DNA from: Tubiluchus corallicola
Lineage: Eukaryota; Animalia; Priapulida
Length of the DNA: 64,000 bases
NCBI GenBank assembly: GCA_030141605.1
Contig: JAQGDQ010002371.1
Span: forward strand, 186,001-250,000
Reading direction: 5' to 3'
The stretch's first letter is position 1; each line of letters opens with the position of its first letter. The position numbers and the translations under genes are program-made. Below the pieces are notes generated by a model, which was not told where the DNA came from, searched no databases, and saw only the letters and a list, made by a program, of their open reading frames with translations. Positions 44,957 through 58,897 of this stretch are shown piece after piece.

Positions 44957-47900
44957 TTAACTACGTGGCAAGTTAAACACTGCTAATGGTCCACTGCTTG
45001 TAGAACACCTGTCCAGGTATAAAGAGCATGTGTATTTGTTCAAGTCGAAGATAGCTGAAAAAAGACAGTAAAAATCTTTATCAGATCTGTTTTCAAAATT
45101 TCGAGTTTCCAGTACTTAAAATATAAAAAATTAGAAACACATTATGTATCAAGTATTTTTGAGAATAGCAACATCGTCGAGTTGGTTCTTTTAATTTAAA
45201 TAAGGGTTGAATCAGCAATTCCCAAAATCATCAACTAAGTCTGTATCTTGATCAGGAAAAGGAGGTCAGTTCGGTTTTTCTAGTGTTAAATCTAGCAGTA
45301 ATTCCCAGTCTCAGAGAAGATTTCAGCACCGTAGATAACTAGCACTTAACTGACCGCCTTGAACAGAATGGGCATGATACGATACTAATGAATTAGAATT
45401 TTTAGCATACATGGCTATATGCAAATAAATTATTGTCATAAATATATCACTTGATAAAGTAAAAGCAGAGAGTCTGGGAAACCAACTTTGGTCATTATTT
45501 AACACCTTCATTGACATGGTGAATGGAGAAATCTGGTCATTGAGAATAACACTCTGGTAACCACTTGTAAATAAAGAAGACTGTTTACTACAATGTCACA
45601 AATGTACACTAGCACAGCGCACTCTTGCATAATTGAACCCCGAGTTAAACTAGCAGATTAATGAATGCGAAGAGCCATTTCAGGTTACAAACTTACCTGT
45701 AAATAAAGTAATGCTTTTCATTGGATGAACTCTTTCTGAACGGAAAATCGGAAATTTTTCGTCGGAAGAGTCACTTAACAATTCCATAATCTCACTAATT
45801 GTTTTTATTGGAGGCGCTTTCCGAATCACTGCCTCTCTATGCTTTGATGATGCAACAAGACTTGGTACATCACAGCCTGCATTTATTCTGTGGTATCTGG
45901 AAAGTTAACACTGATTGCATTCAGTCTTTAAGTACTATGTACCACCTTTAGTACATCAACATCAATATTTTTCTGTGTTGCTGCACATTATTATCCAATC
46001 GTGATTTTAATCATTTGTAACGAATCAGTTGAATGAATAATATATTTAATGCATACATGTTGACATGGTATCTTGTTGGTACTGTCATGCAGTGATCTTT
46101 TTCTTTCATCACACAGACGTCTAATCTTGAGGCTGTTTCATCATACTGCGGATATGCAACTTCGTAGTTAGATATCATTTTTTCTGAAGGTTGCATTAAA
46201 TTTACGCTACAAGCAAAAAAATCGCATGCTGTCAGACACTATATCACACCATGCCAATTTTAACAAAATTCTACAGCGCTTGCAATACTGTTTTAAGTTT
46301 GGCAGGTTTTCTTATTAAGCTGGCATATTGTAAAGATACCTGATTCAGTTTGGTAACATTAATTTTTCAACATTGTATGTGAGTGAGCAGTAAATGTCAC
46401 AAACTTAAAATAAGGAAAAGATTACATGTATGAAGACTATGACAAGGAACAAGACTGAAGCTATTCAGTATGAAAGTGTTGAGCAGCTCTGAATTGTATT
46501 ATGATTATTAATAAACAAAAACTGGCGAGCAAAGCTCACTTTTACAATGTTGCTCGGTTTGCTTGCATCCTCACTTCTCTTTATCTCTCTCTTTGCAGGC
46601 AGTCTGCAGAAAATTTTAAAATGAGGCTTTTTTGCGTTAAATTTATCTTTAAATTTATTTTAGGCAGAGCGGCATGACACCTTTCTCTTGATTATTGTGT
46701 TACTATAATACAATATTTGAGTTACCATGCCATTGAAAGAATTTTTCCTTTGAAATACAGTAATACTGAAGTGTGCGAAAATTGACCCCCTCCCCCTATG
46801 TCTGTCCCAGTGGCCCTAGTATTATTCATGCAAAATTTCATTGAAGTCAGTCATTTGGCCATACATAAAGAGCAAACAGGCAAACTTGAGTGGCTAAAAT
46901 AGTGTAGGAAGCTAATGGTTTTAATAAAATCCTGTTACCTGATGCCAGACGCTATCCCACAACCTTCATCTCGTAACACATCTTCCACTTCTGCCTTGGA
47001 ACGAGCTGCTAATATTGCCCTGACCATTATCGGCACAGCTAAAAAATAAAACCATACAATTTTTTAACGCATTACAATCTAACAATAATATATTCCATTT
47101 TCCACAAAGGAGATTTTATTATTGTAATTATATATTAAAAAGCATCCTTGCAAAACTTATTCCTAGCTCATTTAATATAAAATTAATGTACTAATATACA
47201 TGTAGAGCTCCCCTAGTAAATAGAAAGAAACTGATGCCGACCTACTGTATAAAAGCTTTGACTTAACTTTTCAGTGCCAGGTTTCAAATGAAACTCCCTT
47301 ATTATAACATGAGAATTCTGTTTGCAACCACATTGCTATTGAAAATTAGGGACTACAACCATCATGAACAATGGCCCTTTAATTGTAAATAACACTGGGA
47401 TCGTATGAGCTTTGAACTGTTTGTTTAGACACGAATCTCACAACCAAGTGCAAATGGGTGTGCAAACCCAGAAAATTATCTTTTTTGTTATATCCTTACG
47501 TAGTTTTCCTCGTCGACATCCATTTGGTATTACATCATTTAGAGTATAGATGACTCCATGTTTGTTGAAGCCAATGCTGTATCCAGGTGTGAAACCAAAA
47601 AATGAAATGGCAGTCCAGTCTTCTTCTAGGACACCATGTTTGCCCATTGGCTCATCACTGATTATATGAGCTGTTATCATCCCATATGAGTGTTCCAGAC
47701 ACAAGAAATAGTCCTCATTATGTCCAAGTGCAAACTAGAAAATGATATACAAACAAAATTAGTTTATAACGATACAACGATATATTAAGGCTACTCTAAT
47801 ATATTAGACACAAATGTGTACTAGCTTTTTCTAAGCATTTATCTTGCAATATTATACAAATGCATAGCATAAATATTTTTGCAATTCCAGGAAATACGAT

Positions 47901-50629
47901 GAATACCAGTGTACATAAAAACTCGTATTGTGGAGAAAAATAGCAGTGGTGTATAATGCTTCTTAACACTGTTTATGAATGTTTTCCGGATTCCTCTTCC
48001 AAACATACATTGATCAGTACAGATGAAAGAGCAACTTAGCAAAGCAACTCTTTATGGTAATATTCATTTTTAAAATAATCACAGACATTAAACCAACCTA
48101 GCTGTTACTGAGCACTTTGCTCCTTACAACAAGCAATAAAATTTTCTCAGAAAATATCCACGGTCGTACGTCTTGTAAAAATTGTCTGTTTAACAGATAA
48201 GAATCTGCTTAACAAGTTTTACAATAATGGTCATTTTTTCAGAAAAATCTGTGTGTGGTGTGTTATGCCACATATGTAACTCTTCATTACATAATGTGTG
48301 CACAAGATCAAATATATCAAAAGCAAAGTACCACTAGAATGATGAAGGAACACCAACACAGAGAGATTGTACATAAAAAATACCTCTTCAGGATTATTCA
48401 AAAAAATATCTGTACAACCGATCGATCCTCTGTCAACTTCACTGCAGGTTTTGCGAAATCTGTCAGAATCCAGTATGCCCATAGCAATCAGTTCTTGTGA
48501 TATGGTATTCATAAACAACTAAAAAATGGAAATCTGGGAAATACCTGACAGCGTTATTAATGAGTGATTTTCTAGTAAATCTGAATGCATGTCCTTCTGA
48601 AATACAAGATATGTTTCGGCAAAAGCTAAGCTTGGCACATTATTACATGCCTAAAATTATCGCTATTACATTTAAAATTCTGTAGCAAACGATTACTAGT
48701 TCCAACATAAAAGTACACAAAGACAAAGCATTATAGTAAAAGTAAAAGTAAAAGTAAAAATACGCAAGCGACTTCTAAGAGTGGTCAAGAGAGCATTTAT
48801 GGTAGTCCCTGCAGCAAGCCAGCAATAAAAAAAATAAATTCTATTGCTATATGCCATTATTAATGATGCCACAGCATCAAGGCTATACATTCAAAACCAT
48901 GCATGTATTTTATGATTTCTTGTTGGAGAGTGCAAATGTGCCATTTATGTATTTCTATGCACGCCATTTTTTACACATGCACATTTGAATAATTACTTTT
49001 TCAAATGAACAACTGCTTCCGTCTGCTATCCCTTGCAATTCTGTCACATACTGAGGAAATGAGTCTTGCGTGGTGACCAAAAATTCTTCATAAATCTGTG
49101 AAGTATAAAGTTATGGAAACTTGAAAATCTGTTCAATGTATCTGGGAGGAATTTACTCATGCATTATGCTTTTAAAAAAATTGAATGACTGCAAATCCTT
49201 TTATTTGCTTACATTAATTAATATTGATGTATACAGCTATAGGGTCCCGACAACCAAGTCCTTCGGTTGCCAGCGACTTTGATTTTGGACATTTGAAGTG
49301 TTAAAACTAAAAATTAATTTGAATTTTACTGCAAAAACTAGACTATAGGTTTATTCTTATGTCACAACTATAATATGTACCCGACAAAATATCAATGACA
49401 ACAATAGTTCAACTAACTTATGTACTAAGGCCTTTTACATTATTAATAATAATGTTAACAAAATGTACTGTAGCCCCATTATCAAATGAATCATAAAAGC
49501 TAAATTGTATATTATGCACAAAAATACAAACCTGTATCTGATTTAGACTTAATTTAGTGACACATCTAATTTCATAAAATTTAAAAATAAAATAAGTGTA
49601 TACCTTTTTTCCCTCATCTGTATTACAGAATGGGATTATGGCATCTTTTATGTCAGTGTTAGTTTCAAAATATTCCTGAATTTGCTGCCTGAAAGTCTTT
49701 CCCTGCAAGAAAAACATGTTTTTACAATTAAAATAATAATTTCACAGAATGAATAAAGAAAAAGCTACCCAGAGTATCAATGATGCAGTAAGTCCACCTT
49801 CCCAGACTCTTGTGCTTGATACCTTGAAAATCTTTGACATTTACACAATATACAAGTCATTCATTTTGGCAAATTTGATTCACAAATTTTCATTTGATAG
49901 GACTTCGCCAGGTCAAACAAGGTCAGATGCTTTTCACTTTCAAATTTTGTCAAGCAATTACTGGCCTAATATTCGGCCACATTATCCGGCCTTTGACTCC
50001 AGAGTCATTGCCCACCATTTCCCAAACGTTGTCGTCGTTCATCTACTGTCTGCACGTGCAGCTAAAACCTACCTTTATAACACTATAGTTGCAATTGCTC
50101 GAATCTTGGATCTGCCCTCTCTCTTCCCTGGGGAGGGCATAAATATTTTTTGTCGATGTTGAGTTGTCAGTAGGTGGCAATTTATTTTAATTCCTTGCAC
50201 TGAGCTGACCTGCAACATCCAATTGCTGTGCAGCTATTGAGATTTCGACCTGTTTATCCCTACTCTTGATATACTCTCGCGGTGACCTTTGACATTGATC
50301 ATTATTTTGCCCCAAAGTGTTTCCACACAAAAAATCTCAAGGCTACCTCCTAGTGATTCAGGCCTGACTGGCTTAAACTCAGATTGTTGACAGACAACGG
50401 CTGACACAAGGTGCCCAGACTTGCAAACTCGGGAAGTTAGGGGACTTAAAAATGAAAAACCAATTCGAAGTTGCTGCATTCAAATATGTACTACACAGCA
50501 TCTTATTAGTGACAAAACACTACACACAGTCTATAACCTTAATATAAAAAGGTAACTTACAATAGCATATCCCACTGAATAATAGTTTCCAGACACATGA
50601 AGTGCAGGCAAAGAACGAGCTTCCTCCAT
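44957..50629 (-). CDS. Peptidase C45 / AAT-family Ntn-hydrolase, Tan-like (beta-alanyl-dopamine/carcinine hydrolase-like), ~394 aa
   Basis: Nine exons, 50629-50561, 49702-49604, 49095-48997, 48518-48384, 47734-47500, 47038-46939, 46206-46057, 45896-45697 and 45054-44957, splice in frame. Motifs: LHVSGNYYSVGYAIGKTF, FPQYVTELQGIADGS, G-C(T) autoprocessing nucleophile, LGHNED, PGYSIGFNKHG, RAILAA, RDEGCGIASG.SVN, HVNIY, SSKHR, FPIFR, TLFTAIFDL. Confidence 0.9.
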
Positions 50630-52077
50630 ATTTACTTGACTGTTGTTCTTTTCATACGTTTGAAAATTATTCTTACTTGCTAGCTGCTACTGATGTTTAT
50701 AACAGCAGTTTTCAGAATTACAGTGAGACATTAAGCCACTAAATAAATATTATACACTGAGATATGTTTGTGATATCGCTGCACACATATACCAACAAAT
50801 ATTTGCCATAGCCATGGTACTATATTGATAAAGTAAGCTGTACTTTTGCGCTAAAACATGAATCAAGGCCATTTGCACTTTAGATATAAACATAGACTAG
50901 TAAGATCCAACGTCCAGCTTTAATAATAGTAGTTGTAGCCTTCATGCACTAAAATGTAACAGTTAAGCCAGAATTGAACTCACATTGACCTATTCGTCAC
51001 TGGCGGCACTATGCATGTATATATTTTAAGCTTCATGTAGGGCCCCAATATGTGGATATTACCCGTGCACTATCGTACAAGTTTGAACAGGGAAAGTATA
51101 GAAAGATTTATGATGCAGAAAAAACTTTGGACCTAACAATAATTCTTATAATATCACCAGAATGAGCCAACTTGTTGCTTGCAAGTTAAATTATAATGAA
51201 GAAACAAGTAGATGTCAAAGATAACCGTTGCCCCCCCCCCCATAAGATACAGAGCGGGTACAGGCATATGTACTTGTAAGTCCTCTCTCAAAATGATAAC
51301 TAACGGAGTTAAAATGTTGATTTTAATTTAAAAGGAGCAGCCAGGCAACAATTTCTTGATGACGTACCAACAGGTTCTTTAACATCTTCGTCGTTTGCGA
51401 CAGTAATTGCCTTGGTGGGTAATAATTTTGTGTGCAAAACTTGTGGCCATGTCTACAAGATATAAGCTCTATTATTTTGTTCTTTACAATACCTACAAAT
51501 GCGGAAGTGCATATTAATTATTTCCTTCATTTATAAACTCATTTGTGACTACATTATGGGTAGAATAACGTTGTGTGGATGTTTCCCAACAAGTAGCTAG
51601 GGTAAAAATCAGGAGAACAGTCCATGTCAGCTGCATGTTAGCAAGTAAAATTATTTGTAAACAAAATTCATAAAAATGTAAAACAATTAAAACAAATGCA
51701 AAAGAGTTACACGCCTACATTAGTAAAGGAAAGGGAAAAATGATTCAATATGATTGGGCTGCTTAACTACTGTAATATCTGCTGACCTGACCAAGTCTGC
51801 GAGGATTCATCAACAATGTACTGACAAAAATGACATAGTGCAAATCATTATGGTTTTAATGTATTATCACGTATTTTATAAGCTTACATATTTATAAAAA
51901 TAAATTTGATTCGATCTGACTGATTTAAGTATCTGGGCACGAATTCATGTACTGCTCTCACGACTGTTTCGCTGTCTTAAGTGTGGTTTAAGCCAGCGGA
52001 AATATCTATATCCAATTCATTTAGACGTCTTATCTCCCCCTAGTAAGCGCGACTAGGAAAGTTAGGCGGAATTAGAT

Positions 52078-52116
52078 ATGTAAGTAAGTAAAAGAAAGAA
52101 AGAAAGTAAGTAAGTA

Positions 52117-52150
<34 letters not shown>

Positions 52151-52176
52151 TAAGTAAGCAAGTAAGTAAGTAAGTA

Positions 52177-52239
<63 letters not shown>

Positions 52240-52256
52240 GTAAGTAAGTAAGTAAG
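52078..52256 (+). repeat. (TAAG)n/(CAAG)n tetranucleotide microsatellite
   Basis: Seen directly. Confidence 0.95.
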
Positions 52257-52424
52257 ATCTGAATCTAATCTTGAAGAACAATTGGAAAGTTCTTTTCTCA
52301 AGTCAGTTAATTTGTTAATTTTAAATTGTTAAAAATAAGTGTTAGCTGAATTCAAGTTTTAAGCAAATTTTTATGTAAATAAAGTGATACTCTAAAAAGA
52401 TCGTTGAAAAGCCATATTGGCAGT

Positions 52425-53045
<621 letters not shown>

Positions 53046-53271
53046 ATAATATAACTTTTATTTAGTTTTTTTAGTAGCCCAGTTGCACGTACAATTAACT
53101 AATACATTTTCTCTGATCCAATCAAAGTAAATAAATATTAAAAAACTTGAATTTAAGTTTATGTGAAATTTGTTTTGCCGTTTTTGTTATAGAATTAGTA
53201 GCTGATAAAATTTTTATTTATAAGCCTAGTTATTAATTTCATTTTTCTAAATCAGAACCATCCGGTTGTCA

Positions 53272-53390
53272 TAAAAAAGTTTGAAATAAAAAGTTTGAAA
53301 TAAAAGTTTGAAATAAAAGTTTAAATTAAAAAGTTTCAAATAAAAGTTTGAAAAAAAGTTTGAATTAAAAAGTTTGAAATAAAAGTTTGA
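53272..53390 (+). repeat. ~13-14-bp minisatellite (AAAAGTTTGAAAT)n
   Basis: About 9 degenerate copies seen directly. Confidence 0.85.
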
Positions 53391-54219
53391 AGATAGAGCT
53401 AATTTGCTGAGGAAAGTGGTGGTGGTGTTGAGATCTTTGTAATACGTAATCCTTTGTACTTACTGTACCTACCCTTATAAATTTATGATAAGCATACCAT
53501 ACGTATTTCAGAAAATATAGGAATACAAATCAAGTAGCAAAATTTAAATTGATACGAAGACTCGGACCTGGGACGTTTGTGTTTGAAGCAGATGTACACC
53601 AAATGCAGTACAGTTATGTACCTCATTTTGCGTGGATTGTTGCTTAACCTTTGACCTACAAACTGTTTGTTCTAGAAAACTGCTTGAAAATTGTTTATTG
53701 TGTAATTATACATTTAGCTAAAACTATGTGTTTAACAAAAAATAGTTTATTTGGAAATTTAGAATACGAATCAATGAAATAATATATAAATCAGAAATGA
53801 AAAAACACAAGACATTTAGAGCAAAAAGTGGATAAACAATGTGTATTAATTAAATGTGAAAAAATTGTGGTAATAATAACTGTGGTAAATGTGAATGCAG
53901 AAATATCAACACAAATTTACACAATCATGAATGAGTACAGTGAAAAAATGCGTAAAAATGATTAGGTAGAGCTAAAAAAAAAGTACAAGGTTGCAAAGAA
54001 TATTAATGCAAAGAACATTCACAACGAAAAGTCCCGCTGCATTTTCTCTGGCAGAATCGATAGCACTTGGTAGATCTTCTATGAAAATGACATGAAACAG
54101 TTACTGTGGAAGGCAGAGCATCTGTACATCGGATCTGCTGCTTTTTTTCTGTAAAAACAACACAGGATGACAGGGATGCATTCAGCAGTGATGCAGAGTA
54201 TACATTTCATTACTGCTAA

Positions 54220-54650
54220 ACACATCCCTCTCATCCTTGTCTCTCTCACACACTCACTCATTCCTGCACCCAATCCCATTCCCTTACTTTCTCTGACACT
54301 TGCTCACTTGCCCTCCTACTCCCTCTCCCCCTTCTCTCTCTCACTCCCTCCCTCGCCCTCCTACACCCCCTACCCCCACTCCATCCCCTTCCCACTCCCA
54401 CACCCACACCCTCTCCCACACCCACGCCCCCTCCCACACCCACGCCCCCCACACCCACTCCATCCCCTTCCCACTACCACTCACCCTCCCCACACCCACA
54501 CCCACGCCCCCTCCCACACCCACGCCCCCTCCCACATCCTCATCCCACTCGCCCTCTAATCACACTCCCACACCCCTTCAGACTCCTCCCCCTCTCTCCC
54601 TCACTTGCTCTCCCTCAAACTCTCTCACTCACAATTACTTCCTCCCTCTT
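54220..54650 (+). repeat. C-rich low-complexity tract (CCCACA/CCCTC-type units)
   Basis: Degenerate ccctcccacacccacgcc repeats. Confidence 0.8.
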
Positions 54651-54817
54651 GTAGTTTGGTACTAGTCAAAACACTAGAAATTCATCAGATCTTTTGATTA
54701 ATTACTATTTATTTCAGCGTGAAAGAGACACAAAAAACTTGCAATTATAATTTGTGTTTAAAATTTAAAATGTTATAAAATAAAACAGTATTCCACAGTT
54801 TAAGAAATTTCGAAGCA

Positions 54818-55527
54818 GAAGCCAGTTCTTCTTGAATTCAAAATCTGAACCAAGAGCAGGATTCTTTAAGAAATAATGCAGAAATTCCTGCAGAGAGCTT
54901 GCAAATGTTTGCATAAAAAAAGTGCTCTTAATCATTAATTTGGTGAATTTTAAAATGTAAAAACAACTTCTAAGTCCTTGCTTGGAATTTAGTGATAATC
55001 TTACTCAACAAAACAAATTATAGACTCCCCGGCATCTCCATCTGAAACTTCTGTGACAATGATCTACGATACCTGTTCTGTTTGAGTTTTTTTCCTTAAA
55101 GAATGTGAGTTTTTTCCTAAAGAATCCTGCTCTTAGTTCTAATTTTGAATTCAAGAATGAGCCTTTCCACAGCTCCAGCGATTGATGATGATCGTGAGAA
55201 GGTCAAAGGTTAAATATACCACAGCAACGCGTCTTAACTGCAACCGTCACGAGACGTGGGGGTAAAGCAAAGCCGTCTGCTGGATTAGTTAAGTAACTTC
55301 CGTTGTTTTACATGGACTTTACTTAACTATGCATTAGTCTGCGCATAGAGTGATTTACTAGCAAGATTTTGCTTGGGAACAACAAAAATAAATTAGGCAA
55401 GCTTAAAACTATTACTATTTCAACAGCAACGGCTGCGAGGCGTTGTGAAGTACACAAAAATGCTTTGTATGGCAACCTGTGACTTTTCACGATCATCATC
55501 AATCGCTGGAAAAGTGAAAAGGCTTAT
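54818..55527. mobile_element. Two adjacent inverted-repeat pairs (MITE-like)
   Basis: ttcttgaattcaaaat..aagagcaggattcttta (54830-54869) is inverted at 55117-55157. ccagcgattgatgatgatcgtga (55175-55197) is inverted at 55486-55508. Confidence 0.6.
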
Positions 55528-56739
55528 TGGAATCCCGAGTGTTTCGACTAGTACCTCAAGCTAGTAGCTACAGTGGGTGAAGCAGAGCACATTTGGTCAA
55601 ACTATGTATCATTCATTTTAATAATTTTATTTTTCTTTAATCAGCAATCCTAATCTTGTTTTTTTAGTTAATTCATAATCTTATATTTTTATAGTACATT
55701 TTCCACCTAAAACGTGTAAAGTTCTATTTTTAAAAAAAGTGAGAGTCAGTTGCTAGTCAGTGGTTTTTAATTTACTTCTTTTTCCAAGCTAAGTATTTTG
55801 ACATGTGTGTCCTTAGACTGGGAAATAAGAGATATAAGATCTGGATATAAGAGAGCTCCAGTTTGGTACAAACTCTTTTTGATTCAACATTGTAACGATT
55901 AGCTAGTGAAAAATGTTGAGACGTGGAAAAATAATACACTTGCTGCTTTTATTTATGCTAAAACGAAAGAACTAATCTGTCAATTTTGCAGGAAATGATG
56001 TTGTTGTCTGCACTCCTGTCATGCCCTGGCCGCCGGTGACGTCATATCTGTTTTTTCAGACACCTCTGTGGTGCGAGGAAGGCAAATGAAAAATAAATTT
56101 CGTTTTCCCATGCAGGGCCTCTCTTATATGGCACAGTCTAAACAAGGCATGACAGTAAATCAAGCACTACTGACTAACACCAGTCTGCGACTTTTCTAAA
56201 AAAAAACTTATGCATTTAAAAACTAAAAAAACTTGTGCCTTTAAAAAATGAAATAATTCGCTACACAAAATTACTGATGGCGGAAGCTGTTAATTAATAA
56301 CTGATACATGTATGACCAAATATGCAATCATCCTGTGCCCACTGTCACTTGACAAAACTTTCGTGATCCAATTGCAGCCAATTCTTTTATCAACCATGTA
56401 GATTCGACCCCGTCCTTCTGCATGGACGTGTCTTCTGGGCTTGTCCTCTGCGTGCGTCCTCTGGGCGTGTCTTCTGGGTTTGCCCTCTGGATGTGAACCA
56501 GTGATTCTGTTCAAATGTAAATAGCTTAAATCAATTCCCAAGTTGCCAACATACAAGAAGTAACAAACCAAAATACAATATGCTCTCTATTCGGTTTGAC
56601 AATAGTTTTTATACCTGCACATTTTTTCAAGTTCCCTTATCACAGAGTATGTGTTCGAGGTTTCTTCTCTATCTCAGTGTAGTTAAAACACATGGCCAGG
56701 GTCAGTGTTTTTTATTTATTTATTTAATATATCCACAAT

Positions 56740-57400
56740 GATTATTACAGCATTGTACATAAAAGTATTTAATAATATATTTATTATTATGTGCACAAGA
56801 TGCCAAGCCGCAAATTACTCGTGGGGTACTCAAGAAGTAATTACTTGTTTGGAGTACCCCAAATGAATGTGGACTGAGTGTAATAGAAAAGAGCACTAAA
56901 GGAGTAGAAGGAAAGGTTAATAGAGAATAGAAAGAAGAAGAAAGGTGTGATGGTATCTGTATGAAGTAACATGAACTATAGAAATGTAAAAATTGACATA
57001 GCAACACAATGGATTCCGACAGGGACAGCAGTGTAATTAATCAAATTGATTTATTCTGTATAATTAGAAAAGATTTCACTTTTGAAATTTCTTTTGAAGT
57101 TATTTATAGATAAACAATAAGTCTAGGGTCAGTGTTAGCGATGAAGTGCCTTGCCGCATCAGTCCTGCAATACTTAATACGAAATTCGCTAAATCTTGTT
57201 GAGTAATGTCTTACGTTAATAGCTAATAGGTTTAAAAAGAAAGCAGGGAGAAGTTTATGTTTGGTTATGTAGATGTAAACAGCGGTATTCAGGTTTATTA
57301 GATCATTTAGCACTAGGATAGAATAATTCTTATAAATCAATCTTATAAATTTACGTTGTAGAGAGTTTAGTTTAACTAGAGTTGAAGGGTAGGTGTTAGG
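56740..57400 (-). mobile_element. 3' end of a CR1/L2/Crack-like LINE (decayed RT C-terminus plus 3' UTR)
   Basis: The minus strand reads YPSTLVKLNSLQRKFIRLI..ILVLNDLINLNTAVYIY..HKLLPAFF..HYSTR..F.IKYCRT. The 3' region has a gggtactc..gagtaccc stem and an aataataaa tail. Confidence 0.6.
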
Positions 57401-58043
57401 AAATGCGGGACCTAACTAGAAAACTGTTAGTGGTGCCCTCTACCCTACAAAAGCTGAAGATTGATGATGTTTTATGCGCACCGTGTAGCACGCCAGTCCC
57501 AGCCAAAAAACGTTGAGGGCTTGAGGCTCCACATTAGAAAAAATGATATGTACTAGAAGTTGAAAACCTGTATGAAATATTTAATGTTTTATTACAAGTC
57601 AAGATAATTACTGACATAATTAATAAAGAAACGATCAATAAAAAACATTGAAACGCAGATATACGGGAACAGACTGAAGATTTGCACTGCGTTCACAACA
57701 TCAAGATACTTCAAACACACCAGACGTTCATTAATTCATCACAGAGTCCTCGACCAGAGAGTGTTGAAAGCGGGGCCCCTCTTGGCGCGAGGTCCAATTT
57801 GAAGAAATCTGTCAAATTGGCTTAAAACCGGCCCTGAAGATGACATGTAAGTCTTATTGGTAAACTGCTACAATAGTGCTAAATACTTCGCTTACCAAAA
57901 AACTACTAGGTCTACTGCCATGAAACTGAAGTGAACTGAAGTAATTAAAGATCATTTCCACAAAGTTTTTCAAATTTATGCGTATATTTGACTTTGTTTA
58001 CAGTAAATTGTGTCATAAAACAGTTGATATGTTCGACATAGTC

Positions 58044-58897
58044 AGCATATTTAGTTTCGGGACATTTTAAGACCGCATGAGTAAGTCTGAACAACATTCA
58101 AATCACAAAATTGACATTCAGCATATTTAGTTTCGGGACATTTTAAGATCGCATGAGTAAGCGTTTGAACAACGTTCAAATCACAAAATTGACATTCAGC
58201 ATATTTAGTTTCGGGACATTCTAAGACCGCATGAGTAAGGGCCTGAATAACATTCAAATCACAAAATTGACATTCAGCATATTTAGTTTCGGGACATTTT
58301 AAGATCGCATGAGTAAGCGTTTGAACAACATTCAAATCACAAAATTGACATTCAGCATATTTTGTTTCGGGACATTTTAAGACCGCATGAGTAAACGTTT
58401 GAACAACGTTCAAATCACAAAATTGACATTCAGCATATTTAGTTTCGGGACATTTTAAGATCGCATGAGTAAGCGTTTGAACAACGTTCAAATCACAAAA
58501 TTGACATTCAGCATATTTAGTTTCGGGACATTCTAAGACCGCATGAGTAAGGGCCTGAATAACATTCAAATCACAAAATTGACATTCAGCATATTTAGTT
58601 TCGGGACATTTTAAGATCGCATGAGTAAGCGTTTGAACAACATTCAAATCACAAAATTGACATTCAGCATATTTTGTTTCGGGACATTTTAAGACCGCAT
58701 GAGTAAACGTTTGAACAACGTTCAAATCACAAAATTGACATTCAGCATATTTAGTTTCGGGACATTTTAAGATCGCATGAGTAAGCGTTTGAACAACGTT
58801 CAAATCACAAAATTGACATTCAGCTTATTTAGTTTCGGGACATTCTAAGACCGCATGAGTAAGGGCCTGAATAACATTGAAATCACAAAATTGACAT
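58044..58897 (-). repeat. 78-bp tandem minisatellite (~11 copies, 4-unit higher-order repeat) encoding CX2CX9HX4C zinc knuckles; ORF 58051-58803
   Basis: The unit cagcatatttagtttcgggac recurs every 78 bp (58120, 58198, 58276...). It translates as the 26-aa unit NVVQTLTHAILKCPETKYAECQFCDL. Confidence 0.92.

Noticed and set aside
49749-50479. ORFs of 137 and 81 aa inside intron 1 of the Tan-like gene
   Set aside because: No recognisable domain or splice support.
53555-53615. tRNA-like B-box (ggtccgagtc) on the minus strand
   Set aside because: No cloverleaf can be built; at most a decayed SINE head.
54079-54665. Pro/His-rich and Gly/Val-rich ORFs
   Set aside because: Products of the C-rich low-complexity tract.
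58044-58897. CRISPR-like array
   Set aside because: The units are contiguous near-identical 78-mers without unique spacers, the context is eukaryotic, and there are no cas genes.
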